Source: Macrostomum hystrix
Lineage: Eukaryota; Animalia; Platyhelminthes
DNA length: 64,000 nt
Reading direction: 5' to 3'
NCBI GenBank assembly: GCA_950097015.1
Contig: CATNEN010000039.1
Span: forward strand, 15,004,001-15,068,000
Numbering within the stretch: the stretch's first letter is position 1; every line of letters starts with the position of its first letter. The notes under the pieces were generated by a model. That model saw nothing but the letters and a program-made list of their open reading frames with translations, was not told where the DNA came from and did not search any database. Shown here piece after piece: positions 38,714 to 50,337 of this stretch. Both the position numbers and the translations under genes were made by a program.

Positions 38714-38940
38714 CGAGAGCTTTCTGAGTCTCCAATCTCCACCTGGTTGCTGAGCTTCCGTCTCCAGTCTGATTCCGTCGCCGCAATTTTCTGTCTGCGC
38801 AACTGCAGGGGCAGCGCAGCGGGCAAAGACAGTCGCCTGTCAACATTATCTTCGTCGTCGGAGCACGATGTCGCCTTGCTGACTGAAGCTACGGCTGCTG
38901 TTGTCTGCGTGCAGGTGTCGAATTGAACAATGTCAGCCAT
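38714..38940 (-). CDS. RING-CH/MARCH-like gene B, exon 1
   Basis: ATG-initiated MADIVQFD...SESSR; donor GTAAGG (phase 2) matches the phase of the next exon. Confidence 0.68.
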
Positions 38941-39397
38941 GTTTTGGCTACTAATATGGCATGTTGTGTGTAAACCTGTTTTTTGTTAATTTATCTCTGC
39001 TTTTAAGAAAAATAAATTGTGGCTTTTATACATTTGCCGCACCGTACCGACAGATAAGATCTGCGCTGAAGCATAATAAACGGAAAGTATAATTTAGCCT
39101 AGATTATTTCTGCCCTCCTCAAAATTTCGCTTTTAAGCGTTTTAAGACTTATTTTCGTTATGTTTTTAAAACCATTCCATGCAATTATAATCTACTAAGA
39201 GTTTACTAAACTATATAGTCGCATGCATTCAGCGAAAATGACATACACACGAATATATGGTCCCTGAACACATTTTTATCTACTTTTGCTGTCAATTTTC
39301 TCGGCATTGCGCAATTTTTCTTCGCAGTTGCATCTTCGCAATTAAGTCTATAATATATACCCTTTTACTTGTCAAAAAAACAATACTAATGCATAGT

Positions 39398-39583
39398 AGT
39401 ACTCAAGTAAGTGTCGGACTCACGACTTGAAGGTCGGGGGTTCGATTCCCGACTCCGCTAAAATATGTTGTGCTCTTTAGCTAGACACTTAAAACCGTAC
39501 TGCTTCATTTCGGGTACCTGTATTAGCTGGGGTTATTTATTGTGGGTGTTTCGCCCCCCTGTCCATGGACTGAACAGCTGTAC
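39398..39583 (+). mobile_element. tRNA-derived SINE family 2
   Basis: B-box GGTTCGATTCCC followed by GACACTTAA, TTCATTTCGG and GTCCATGGACTGAACAGCTGTAC, shared with the 21440 copy. Confidence 0.7.
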
Positions 39584-41099
39584 TCAGCCTTCCAATGCGC
39601 CACGCAATTTAGCTGCGGCTGTGCTGTCGGCTGCACACATCTCATTCAATTGGGGATTTGGGCAAAGTTACAAGTTGTTGCAATGCCCGATGATTTCATA
39701 ATATGCCCTATATTATACGTATACGTGACTTGTGGGGGCCAGGTACAAATGAACTTGTATGTACATAATTCTGTCAGCATGTCCAAGGTCTGGGCGTTGA
39801 TAGTAAGTTCTATTGACAGATTTCATCCAGATTTATTGCTCAAATTTAAAACGGTTGCAAATTGGTCGTTTCAATTTGAATATTTGAAAATTTGAACAAT
39901 ATCAAACAAACAGCGCCGTGTGCTTGATATTAAAATATTAATGCAATTTCGTGTTTCGATTTCTACAAAACATTTTTTATTTTTTGATTCTATAATAGCA
40001 TATTGAAAATTGCTTTTCACAGTGCAAAAAACTGATTTATTTAATTTTTTTTTGCAATATTTACATTAGAAATTTATAAATAATAAGTTCTTCACGATCA
40101 TACTGCATACTCGTAGTTTTCGATCCTCTTGCAATTGCTTCTTGCATTTTACGTCTTGCACAGGCTACTTACTTGTACCGGGGACTATAACTAACGATAT
40201 TTTAAGTAATGGGACACTGCAGTATAGTAGTACTAGTTGCTAGTTACTATAGTTCTATAGAGCGTAAATACAAGTATTTAATTTAGTAGGCAATTAAACG
40301 CAATTGTACCTATGAGTGTGCAATGTGTGACTGTCAAAGTCTAATCCCGGCTTTCAATTGATTTAAGTTTTTCTGAAGACATGTTGCTTTATAAACAGTG
40401 GCTTCTAGCTAATGCAAACCAGGCGGATTATTTACTGCAGACTTTAAGTGATTCTGCAGATCGATGTATCTTAAGATTTTTGGCTGAATAAAGGTTACAA
40501 ATATGCAGATAAATTTTAGCTGTTGCATGTTCTGGAATAGATTCATCATGTAACGAGAAGGAAAATTGATAAATCACTTTGGCAGACGACTTTCACACTT
40601 TCTCTTATTTATTTGCCAGCATAATTACCTCGTTGAGAGAGCAACGAAGAAGCTATTGATTGAAAACTAACCGCTAGAGTCAAAAAAGTTTTTTCTTTAA
40701 GTGTAGAAGCACAAGTTAGTGCACGAGTACATAAATGAAGAATGCTCTAAGGGAAGAATGGAAGAAATTCTCTAAGTCTAAGAGATCTCCATTAAGCACA
40801 GCTGACAGAACCACGCGCTGTCTTCTAGCTTAAAAAAAGTAATTTTAGAAAAATCAAAATGCCCTAGCTTAAGTTAAAGCAATAGTTTTCAAACTTAAAA
40901 AACCTTTTCGGCTTATCCCCTCACGATTTTGTTATAAACAGTATTCCAAATGTAGAGTTTTTAAACAACAATTACTAGGCTGATAACTTCAATTTTCTAA
41001 GAACGAATGGTATCTTTTTTAACTCCTACTAGTTAACCGTAGTATCTCGAATATTGATTCGTTGTTTGTTATTATATTTCATACATAACTGCATTTATA

Positions 41100-41183
41100 A
41101 TGTCTGAAGAAGTTAAGAAGATGGAGATCGACTACTCATCTCAAGTGGATGAGCTCATCCCAAAGGCAACTGAAATCGCGGCT
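41100..41183 (+). CDS. PSMD12: 26S proteasome non-ATPase regulatory subunit 12 (RPN5), exon 1
   Basis: MSEEVKKMEIDYSSQVDELIP contains the conserved KMExDYS motif; donor GTAAGT. Confidence 0.9.
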
Positions 41184-41532
41184 GTAAGTTAATTTATAAA
41201 AGTGTGATTTAGCAGTTTTTTAAAAAGAATCACAAAGTTTTGAAGTCTGTAAAAAATATTGCTTGCAGACTTAGAATGTACTTAGATTTTACGATTTTAC
41301 TTTGAATGGAAATTTTGTTCCAGTATATTTTAAAAAATGTAATTATACAAATTGTAATGACCAATTTTTGCATTGCATTAGTCTAATTCCTAGCAAACTA
41401 TTTCAGCTAGTAATTGTGAGTAATTATTCCTGGCCTATTAATTGTGAGTTGTGCAGTGTTATGTTAATGTATGATTGGATGTGTACTTTACTCAGGGCCT
41501 GCTCTGCGGGCTCTCTGGGTAAAGTGTGTTAA

Positions 41533-41823
41533 CCCCCCCACCCCTTCCTCCACCTGTGCGCGCGCGCGGGGTTTTTAAGCTGCCCCTCTGTCTGTCCTGC
41601 CATTCAATCTTGCTGCCCCCGCACGCGTGCGCTAAAATTTTTTTTGTTAATCTTAACTGTTCATTTTTTCTTTTAATTCGCCATTCATTGCTTGCAAATA
41701 TTAATATACACTCACTTGACTGGGGTCGCTTTCCCCGCCTCGACCTGCTGGCTCGCTGCCATCCGCTTTGTGCTCGCTGCCACTCTTTGTGCGTTCTCCT
41801 TGCTCTTTCTAGGGGTCTGGTGG
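41533..41823. mobile_element. piggyBac-like MITE
   Basis: Flanked by TTAA on both sides; imperfect TIRs CCCCCCCACCCCT / AGGGGTCTGGTGG; GC-rich island in an AT-rich intron. Confidence 0.6.
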
Positions 41824-42380
41824 TTAACAAGAAATTCTGAGACTTTCTGCAGTTGCTAGCTAGTTACTTGATATGTGTGGCTTATAAAGAGAGCTGTGAA
41901 TATAGATAAATAGTATTCTGGCTATGTTAATAAAATTTGCATGAACTAGCTAGCCTAAGCTATAGTAACAACAACTTTTTAAATGAAAAGGGTATATCTT
42001 TCTTAGTGTTGAGTCCTTTACCTTACTATGTGACTTTTTTGGTGATGTGACCAGGCCTAGTTATTTAGCTAGCTTTCTATTATAATTTGAATGCTTTATA
42101 ATGCTTTCTATATTTAGAAAGCTTTCTATTGAATGTTTTTTATATAATTATTTCTATTATAACCTATTATTATATAATCACACTTTTATTATAATTTAAA
42201 CACTGATGCCTTGCTCATTATAATCTGTCTTAATATTATAATTTCCCTTTTTGGACTATTTATTGGGTTAAAGAAATGAAATATAAAATATATTACAGTT
42301 TCTATGGCTTAATTTAAATTAATTAACCCCTTTATAGACTAATCCATAGCTATAGAGTTTTGATTGTTGGCTGACTATAA

Positions 42381-42651
42381 CATACATGCGCAACACCCGG
42401 CCGACCCGGCCGAACCGGCTGGGTGAAACGAAGGCCAAGCAAGGTAAGTCGCAAAAACCAATCAACCAAGTGCAAAAAAATCAAAGGGGGGACCAAGGGA
42501 CAAATAAGGAAGGCGTGAAGAAAAGGAAAAAGGGGAGAGAAAATGAGAGCAAACTAAGTCGTAAATAGAGCAATGAAACGAACTAAGCCGCAAATGAGAG
42601 CAAAAACTAAGTCGCACGGCCGGCTAAGATTTGGGAGGTTGCGCATGTATG
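42381..42651. mobile_element. hAT-like MITE (271 bp)
   Basis: Perfect 14-bp TIR CATACATGCGCAAC; 8-bp TSD GACTATAA at 42373-42380 and 42652-42659; subterminal AACTAAGYCG repeats. Confidence 0.9.
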
Positions 42652-43174
42652 GACTATAACATGTGGTCTTGTTATGAATTATTGTTTATCTGCTATCCCT
42701 GTCATCAATATCTTTCTTTCTTTATTATAGATAAAGCATAAAGATTATATTTACTTCTCTCTAACCTGTGTTTGTTTACTTAAAAAGTAATACTTTTAAA
42801 ATGATATTTAAGTATAAATATAAATGTTACAGAATGCACAATAACTTCATAGAAGACATTATTTTTGCATTCTAAAGTCAATGTACCATTTGTATATATT
42901 TTACATTTTTGTTGTAATATCAGTAATGTATATTCATTTTTACCTTTGAATGAAAACTAGGTTTGTGGTTTATAAATGAAATATGTTAGTAGCTTCCTAG
43001 ATAAGCCTGTGCAAAAGGTAACTGTTTGTCGGTTTCTTAATTTATAATAAAGTAAGTTTTAGACTGCAATTTAAGCATTCAAACAAAAGTTTTTTTATTT
43101 GCTTGATAATACAATGATTGGATTATTTGTAGAGGTTTATGGTATAATTTTATTACTTAATCTACTAATTTTAG

Positions 43175-43234
43175 CAAGGCAAGCTCAATGAAGCCCTGGA
43201 TCTTATCATGTCTTTGGAGAAGCACACTAGAAGT
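43175..43234 (+). CDS. PSMD12: PSMD12 exon 2
   Basis: QGKLNEALDLIMSLEKHTRS; tag acceptor, GTAAGT donor, phase 0. Confidence 0.9.
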
Positions 43235-43370
43235 GTAAGTCATTAATTATTTATTTATTTTAAAATGCAAATCCGGTTTTAGTTAGGTTTTTATATTTTG
43301 CCTTCATAATCTAATAGTAATAGCTAGAAGGGCCTTTACTACCTGTTATCGATGTCTATACAATATCTAG

Positions 43371-43712
43371 GCCTCTGATGCAATCAGCACTGGACGCCTA
43401 CTGGTGTGCATCGCCCAGCTGTGCTATCGAGCTCGCAACTGGCAGGCTCTGAATGACTACCTGCTCACTATGAGTAAGAAACGTGGTCAGTCCAAACAGG
43501 CCGTCACTAAAATGGTCGACGAAGCCTGCCAATTTGCTCAGGAATTAGCTGACAAAACTGAGAAGCTGCGCCTCATTGAAACATTGCGCACTGTCACCGC
43601 CGGCAAGATCTACGTTGAGGTGCAACGCGCCCGCCTAACCAAACAGCTGGCCGAGATTAAAGAGTCCGATGGTTGCATTGACGAGGCTGCCGATGTGCTG
43701 CAGGAGCTCCAG
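43371..43712 (+). CDS. PSMD12: PSMD12 exon 3
   Basis: SKKRGQSKQAV, LRTVTAGKIYVEVQRARLT and LQELQ motifs. Confidence 0.95.
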
Positions 43713-43730
43713 GTTAGCGACTAAATTATC

Positions 43731-44115
43731 TCTGACAAATTTCTCTGATTGGCCAGTCTCTCGCTGACCAACTTCTCTGATTGGCCAGTCTCTACCTGAC
43801 CAACTTCTCTGATTGGCCAGTCTCTCCCTGACCAACTTCTCTGATTGGCCAGTCTCTACCTGACCAACCTCCCTGATTTTCCAGTCTCTACCTGACCAAC
43901 CTCCCTGATTTTCCAGTCTCTACCTGACCAACCTCCCTGACTTTCCAGTCTCTACCTGACCAACCTCCCTGATTTTCCAGTCTCTACCTGACCAACCTCC
44001 CTGATTTTCCAGTCTCTACCTGACCAACCTCCCTGATTTTCCAGTCTCTACCTGACCAACCTCCCTGATTTTCCAGTCTCTACCTGACCAACCAACCTCT
44101 GATTGGTCAGTCTCT
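43731..44115. repeat. 32-bp minisatellite in PSMD12 intron 3
   Basis: CTGACCAACCTCCCTGATTTTCCAGTCTCTAC, about 12 copies. Confidence 0.95.
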
Positions 44116-44272
44116 CCATTATTAGCACTCTAATTGGTCAGCTCTCTCCCTGACCGACCTCATTTATATTAGTTATTTAACTCACAATCATATCTTCTGC
44201 GACTCTGCCACCCATAAGCTAATTTTTTGTATCACTATGTCCCATATTATGTTTGAATTTATATGCATTTAG

Positions 44273-44521
44273 GTTGAGACCTTCGGCAGTATGGAGAAGC
44301 GCGAGAAGGTTGAGTTCATTCTAGAACAGATGCGGCTCTGCCTGGCCAAACGAGATTACATTCGCACCCAGATCATCAGCAAGAAGGTTAATCCGAAGTT
44401 TTTTCAAACCGAACCAGACTCAGCTGAGCTCAAGGAGAAATACTACACCCTCATGATTGAGCTGCACAGCCACGACAAATCCTACCTGCACATTAGCAAG
44501 CACCACGCTGCCATTTTGCAG
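44273..44521 (+). CDS. PSMD12: PSMD12 exon 4
   Basis: [38 protein letters not shown]. Confidence 0.95.
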
Positions 44522-44719
44522 GTATTTTTGCGCATTTTATCGTTGTCTAAACTAATCAAAACTTTCCAACCAACATTGAAATTTGCTAAATCAAATTTTA
44601 TACTACACCTACCTCTCTCACTATCATTCTCAATACACTCCATTAAATTATCCCAAATCCTCTCGAACTCAAGTTATCTTAAAATTTACTCTACCTAACA
44701 TTCTAATCCATTTCAACTG

Positions 44720-45150
44720 GAAAAATCTGTAATCCACTCCACCCAGGATTATCCCTAATCCACTCCACTCAGGATTATCCAAAATCCACCTACACACAGG
44801 ATTATCCCTAGTCCAATATGCCTTGGATTATCCTTGCTGCATTTCTTGCTGGATTATCCAAATCTACTACACACAGGTTTATGCCTAATCCACCTACGCA
44901 CAGGATTATCCCTAATCCACTACACCCAGGATTATCCCTGTCTATGTCTATGGCTGCTTAAGCAGCGGCATCGGTCAACTAACAACAAAGATAATAAAAG
45001 TACGAGTACAAAATTTCATTAAATCTAGGTTCTCCCAAATCCAGTTAATCTACTCCCAAAATCTACTCAACCCTGGATTATCTTAAAAATAACTTAAATC
45101 ATCCCAACTCAAGATTATCCCCTTAGTCTACTCCGTCCGAGATTATCAAT
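44720..45150. repeat. Decayed GGATTATCC-core repeat in PSMD12 intron 4
   Basis: Recurring GGATTATCCCTAATCCAC-like units. Confidence 0.7.
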
Positions 45151-45196
45151 CATTCGGGTTGAATTTCCAATAACATGCAAAAATACCCGTTCACAG

Positions 45197-45592
45197 AGCT
45201 GCAAACCAGAGACAGACAAGTTCCGCCTGCACCTGCGCTGCTGCCTCACCTACCTGCTGCTGGCGCCGCACGACAATGAGCAGCATGACTTGCTGCAGCG
45301 CAGCGTCCGTCATCACGCCAGGCCGCTAGAATCCGAGCCAGATTATGCTCAGCTGTGTAGCCAGTTCAGCGGTAAGGAGCTCATCAATTGGTCCGAGTTG
45401 AGCACTAGTCACGCTGAGCGACTGCGCACCGATTGTCGCCTCTCGGACGACGATGTCGACGCCCTGCGTCGTCGGGTTACTGAGCACAATGTGCGCGTCC
45501 TGGCCGCTTACTATACCAATATTGGCCTGGCCAGGGCTGCTCACCTGCTCTGCCTGAGTCTGCCTGACGCTGAGCAGGCCATCTCGGACCAG
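45197..45592 (+). CDS. PSMD12: PSMD12 exon 5 (PCI domain)
   Basis: LLAPHDNEQHDLL and LRRRVTEHNVRVLAAYYT. Confidence 0.93.
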
Positions 45593-45639
45593 GTGTGTCT
45601 TCACTTTATCTTTCAGTGTATATTTACTCTATCCATCAG

Positions 45640-45985
45640 GACCTCTTCACTCCCACCTTCAGAACATCTTCACTCCCACCTTCAGAACATCTTCACTCCC
45701 ACCTTCAGAACATCTTCACTCCAACCTTCAGAACGTTTTCACTCCAACCTTCAGGGCTTCTTTACTCCAACCTTCAGGACCTCTTCACTCCAACCTTCAG
45801 GGCCTTCTCACTCCTTCCTTCAGGGCTTTTTGACTCCAACCTTCAGGGCCTCTTCACTCCAACCTTCAGGGCCTCTTCACTCCAACCTTCAGGGCCTCTT
45901 CACTCCAACCTTCAGGGCCTCTTCACTCCAACCTTCAGGGCCTCTTCACGCCAACCTTCAGGGTCTTCTCACTCCAACCTTCAAG
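45640..45985. repeat. 23-bp minisatellite in PSMD12 intron 5
   Basis: CTTCACTCCAACCTTCAGGGCCT, about 15 copies. Confidence 0.95.
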
Positions 45986-46109
45986 ACGGACTCCATCCGT
46001 CTTTCAGACTATCTGACTAACTGGTAAACTGAAATTCGCAGCGCAGACTCCTCATGGAAAGGATTACTTAGCCATTTGCTGACAAACTTTATTCTCTCCC
46101 ACATCGAAG

Positions 46110-46292
46110 GTTGTGTCTGGTGCCGTTTCGGCTAAAATCGATCGCCTAGCTGGCGTGGTGCACTTTTCTAGCGCCCAGTCGGCCACCCAGCTGCTAACCG
46201 ATTGGGCCCACAGTCTGGACAGCGTAATGCGATTGGTTGGCGAAGTCGGCCACCTCATCAACAAGGAGCGAATGGTGCATCAACCGGCTTAA
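46110..46292 (+). CDS. PSMD12: PSMD12 terminal exon
   Basis: AKIDRLAGVVHF...HLINKERMVH, stop TAA; total 437 aa. Confidence 0.93.
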   Translation, partial: VVSGAVSAKIDRLAGVVHFSSAQSATQLLTDWAHSLDSVMRLVGEVGHLINKERMVHQPA

Positions 46293-46531
46293 ACTGTTAG
46301 AAACTTCGCTGACTTCAATGACTTCAATCCATGTTTTAAGGAATTAAATCTACTCTCTGGGATATTTTGACAATTTCAAACACACAAGTATACTAAAATA
46401 AGGATCAGCTAAATATATTCCTCTTTTTTCTCCGGCTAATCCACTCTTACTGTTTCAAGGAATCCCGGTGCAATAATCCGTTTTAAAAGGATTATCAAAA
46501 TAATTATATATTTATCATAGATTCGTATTAA

Positions 46532-47017
46532 AGTAGGATAATCTAGCTAGGATGGGATTTCAGTAAGATAATCCAGCTAGGATGGGATTTCAGTAAGATA
46601 ATCCAGCTAGGATGGGATTTCAGTAAGATAATCCAGCTAGGATGGGATTTCAGTAAGATAATCCAGCTAGGATGGGATTTCAGTAAAATAATCCAGCTAG
46701 GATGGGATTTCAGTAAGACAATCCGGCAAGGATGGGATTTCAGTAAGATAATCCGGCTAGGATGGGATTTCAGTAAGACAATCCGGCAAGGATGGGATTT
46801 CAGTAAGATAATCCAGCAACGATGGGATTTCAGTAAGATAATCCAGCTAGGATGGGATTTCAGTAAGCCAATCCGGCAAGGATGGGATTTCAGTAAGATA
46901 ATCCGGCTAGGATGGGATTTCAGTAAGACAATCCGGCAAGGATGGGATTTCAGTAAGATAATCCAGCAAGGATGGGATTTCAGTAAGATAATCCAGCAAG
47001 GATGGGATTTGAGTAGG
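46532..47017. repeat. 30-bp minisatellite
   Basis: CAGTAAGATAATCCAGCTAGGATGGGATTT, about 16 copies. Confidence 0.97.
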
Positions 47018-47546
47018 ATTCCTAGGATTCATCAAGATAATACATAATTGGATTTCAGTTGGATAATCCAGTCGAAGTGGGATCTTTTAGCAGGATAATC
47101 CTAAACTTTAAACTATCTCCATTGCAAACTAACTTCACTCAGTCAACAAAAATTCAACAAATGTTTTTTTTAACCGCAATGTACTTTGTCAGCTTCCCGC
47201 CGCATCATATTTAACAATTTTGCAGTCTGTGAAATTCTCTAAAAAAGCTCGTCTAGAATGCTTACGTATTATTTGCAGTCCTTAATAATAGGTTCGTCTG
47301 CTAAATACATTAAATTAAAAACTTGAACTATGTGAAGTCAGCTTTTTATAAACTAGAAATTATTTAAATATAAATACAGTTTAAAATACACCCAAGAACG
47401 GAAATCCTACTCACAGTAGGATAGTGAGCGTCTGAACGTCCATCGGCAACCAGTTTTGATATATTTGGCTGTTACTTTATAAACCTGATATCGCCATTTG
47501 GCCCTTTGATGTATCATTTTGTCATATTTACTTACCTTTTACCTTG

Positions 47547-48052
47547 CTATCCCATCAACTTTCTTTATCCATTTCTATCCCATCCGCTTCCCTTATCCAT
47601 TTCTATCCCATCCACTTCCCTAATCCATTTCTATCCCATCCACTTCCCTAATCCATTTCTATCCCATCCACTTCCCTAATCCATTTCTATCCCATCCACT
47701 TCCCTAATCCATTTCAATCCCATCCACTTCCCTAATCCATTTCAATCCCATCCACTTCCCTAATCCATTTCAATCCCATTCACTTTCTTTATCCATTTCT
47801 ATTCATCCACTTCCCTAATCCATTTCAATCCCATCCACTTTCTTTTTCCATTTCTATTCATCCACTTCCCTAATCTATTTCAATCCCATCCACTTTCCCT
47901 ATCCATTTCTATCCCATCCACTTCCCTAATCCATTTCAATCCCATCCACTTTCTTTATCAATTTTTATCTAATCAACTTCCTTATCCATTTCTATCCCAT
48001 TCACTTTCTTTATCAATTTTTATCCAATCAACTTCCTTATCCATTTCTATCC
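47547..48052. repeat. 28-bp minisatellite
   Basis: ATCCATTTCTATCCCATCCACTTCCCTA, about 18 copies. Confidence 0.94.
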
Positions 48053-48728
48053 CTCCTACTTCCCTTACCCCCTTCATTATTGACCTACTTGAAGACAGGG
48101 AAAAGATTCCCTGTCTTCATTAAAAGGCTTCATTTTTTCCATTCCAGGTAAATTGCGTTGTTTCTTAAACTCATCTTTCTAAATTTATATATACAGGCCT
48201 TTTCTTGGCATCTGTAAGGCAGGAAGGAAGAAAGGACTATTTACAATGGACAAAAAGTATGCGCAACTTGAGGAAATGAGCAAGCTCCACCCACAAACTC
48301 TGCTTGGAATCCGCCCCATCTCCCTCCGTCTCCCTCTTCCTTTCTTCCCATTTCCTTTCCATCAAAGCCAGCTTTTTAGGCTCTGTTAAGAGCTCTTTTA
48401 AGTCCAACTGTCCCCAGTGCCAGAAGCTGACAGTGCCAGTTCAATTTTTCTACAAAATGAGAACGGTTTTAGCATTTTGCAAATCTAGCATATTGTCTTC
48501 AGTTAATGACTAGTTATTTTATTGCCGAGTGTAGGTTTTAGTATTGACATTAACAACATAAGTTGCTTATCTTAATCTATACTGCGTATTCGGAATCGAG
48601 TTAGCAATACTCGAAGCAGGCACACTGAGAAAACAATCTCTTTATGAAATTAGACATCGAAACAGGAATTGTACCGATAATCTTTGTGGTTAAAGATAAA
48701 GATATCGCACCAAGAATCGAACCAGCAA

Positions 48729-49272
48729 TAGCAGGGAATCGCAGCTAGAATAGAAGCAGTGACCGATGCGGGAATCGCAGCTAGAATCGAAGCAGAGGCA
48801 GTAGCAGGGAATCGCAGCTAGAATAGAAGCAAAGGCAGTAGCAGGGAATCGCAGCTAGAATCGAAGCAGAGGCAGTAGCAGGGAATCGCAGCTAGAATAG
48901 AAGCAGTGACCGATGCGGGAATCGCAGCTAGAATCGAAGCAGAGGCAGTAGCAGGGAATCGCAGCTAGAATAGAAGCAAAGGCAGTAGCAGGGAATCGCA
49001 GCTAGAATCGAAGCAGAGGCAGTAGCAGGGAATCGCAGCTAGAATAGAAGCAGTGACCGATGCGGGAATCGCAGCTAGAATCGAAGCAGAGGCAGTAGCA
49101 GGGAATCGCAGCTAGAATAGAAGCAAAGGCAGTAGCAGGGAATCGCAGCTAGAATCGAAGCAGAGGCAGTAGCAGGGAATCGCAGCTAGAATAGAAGCAG
49201 TGACCGATGCGGGAATCGCAGCTAGAATCGAAGCAGAGGCAGTAGCAGGGAATCGCAGCTAGAATAGAAGCA
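48729..49272. repeat. 37-bp minisatellite with a 147-bp higher-order period
   Basis: Variant GTGACCGATGCG at 48759, 48906, 49053 and 49200. Confidence 0.96.
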
Positions 49273-49736
49273 ATCGACTATTTCTACTTTTTAATTAGCT
49301 CTGCGTTCACATTATGGCTGCTTCAAACAGCCAGTTTAATGCGACAACCACTTGTTAAACTACTATAACATAGTTCATTGTGAGTGTCACAAAGCGTGTA
49401 CTCATTCTGTTTGAGTCCATTCTCTCTCCCTCTCTTATACTCTATTAAATGATAGTCTATGAGAACACACTACTGCTGCTGCTGCTGCTTTAGATTTCAA
49501 CATTGAAGTGTTTTTGCTTGTTGAAGACTTTAACTGTCAAAGATTGAGACCCGCGCTAAAATCTCAGTTTATTCTACGCCCTGTAATACGACCCCTGACG
49601 CCTTTGGCAACCAACCCGGCCTATCAAATTACGCGATAAATATAGTGCAGTGCAAGGTGAGTTCTGAGATTCTCTAACCCCTCTCTATACATTTCTATAG
49701 CTTCGAACTCTATAGCTTCAAGCTGTATATACTTAC

Positions 49737-49802
49737 AGCCAATGAGGAGCGCCTATGGAGTGTGGGTGCTGTGCGCGCTTTGCTTTGAGTGAATATATAA
49801 AA
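49737..49802 (+). promoter_or_regulatory. Candidate CCAAT box and TATA box upstream of the kinase
   Basis: AGCCAATGAG at about 49737 and TATATAAAA at about 49794, roughly 135 bp before ATG 49933. Confidence 0.45.
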
Positions 49803-49932
49803 CAAGAACCAGATACGAGCTTAGAGAAAGAGAGAGAGCCTCATTAATTTTGTTAGAAACTACTGCCTCAGTAAAGGAGGTACCAAGCCAATAGACAATA
49901 ATGATCTAGCCAGCTCTTCTGCAAAAGAGGCA

Positions 49933-50331
49933 ATGTCTTCAACGCCGAGAAACTTCGCCGACTGGAGCCGCCAGACGGTCGACCTGCGACTGACGTACAA
50001 CGGCAATCGCCAGATTGACTGGCTAAAGCCGGCGCTGAAGCTAGGCAGGTTCACAGCCGTGATGTCGCTACAGTCTGGCGGCTATGGAGACATTCTGCTG
50101 GCTACGGAGGAGAGCGCGGCGGCTGCTGAGGACGCTGACACAGAAGCTGGAGAACTTAGGCAGCTCAGTGAATTGGAGACACACGCTGCCAGGGCTGACT
50201 TTCGATGTGCCAACTCGGCGTCTACGAATTCAGCAGCCATTGTGGTGCTGAAGGTACCGAAGATCAGCCTGACGATAGCGGCTAAGGAGAAGGCGTTCAA
50301 GAAGGCGACGAGAGCACTACTGGAGCTGAAG
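49933..50331 (+). CDS. Divergent AGC-like Ser/Thr kinase, exon 1 (N-lobe)
   Basis: G-loop LQSGGYGDI, beta3 VVLK, candidate alphaC LLELK; donor AAG|GTCAGG (phase 0). Confidence 0.78.
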
Positions 50332-50337
50332 GTCAGG

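Noticed and set aside
39398-39460. tRNA gene
   Set aside because: Has a B-box but no complete cloverleaf, and continues into a body shared with another dispersed copy, so it is a SINE head.
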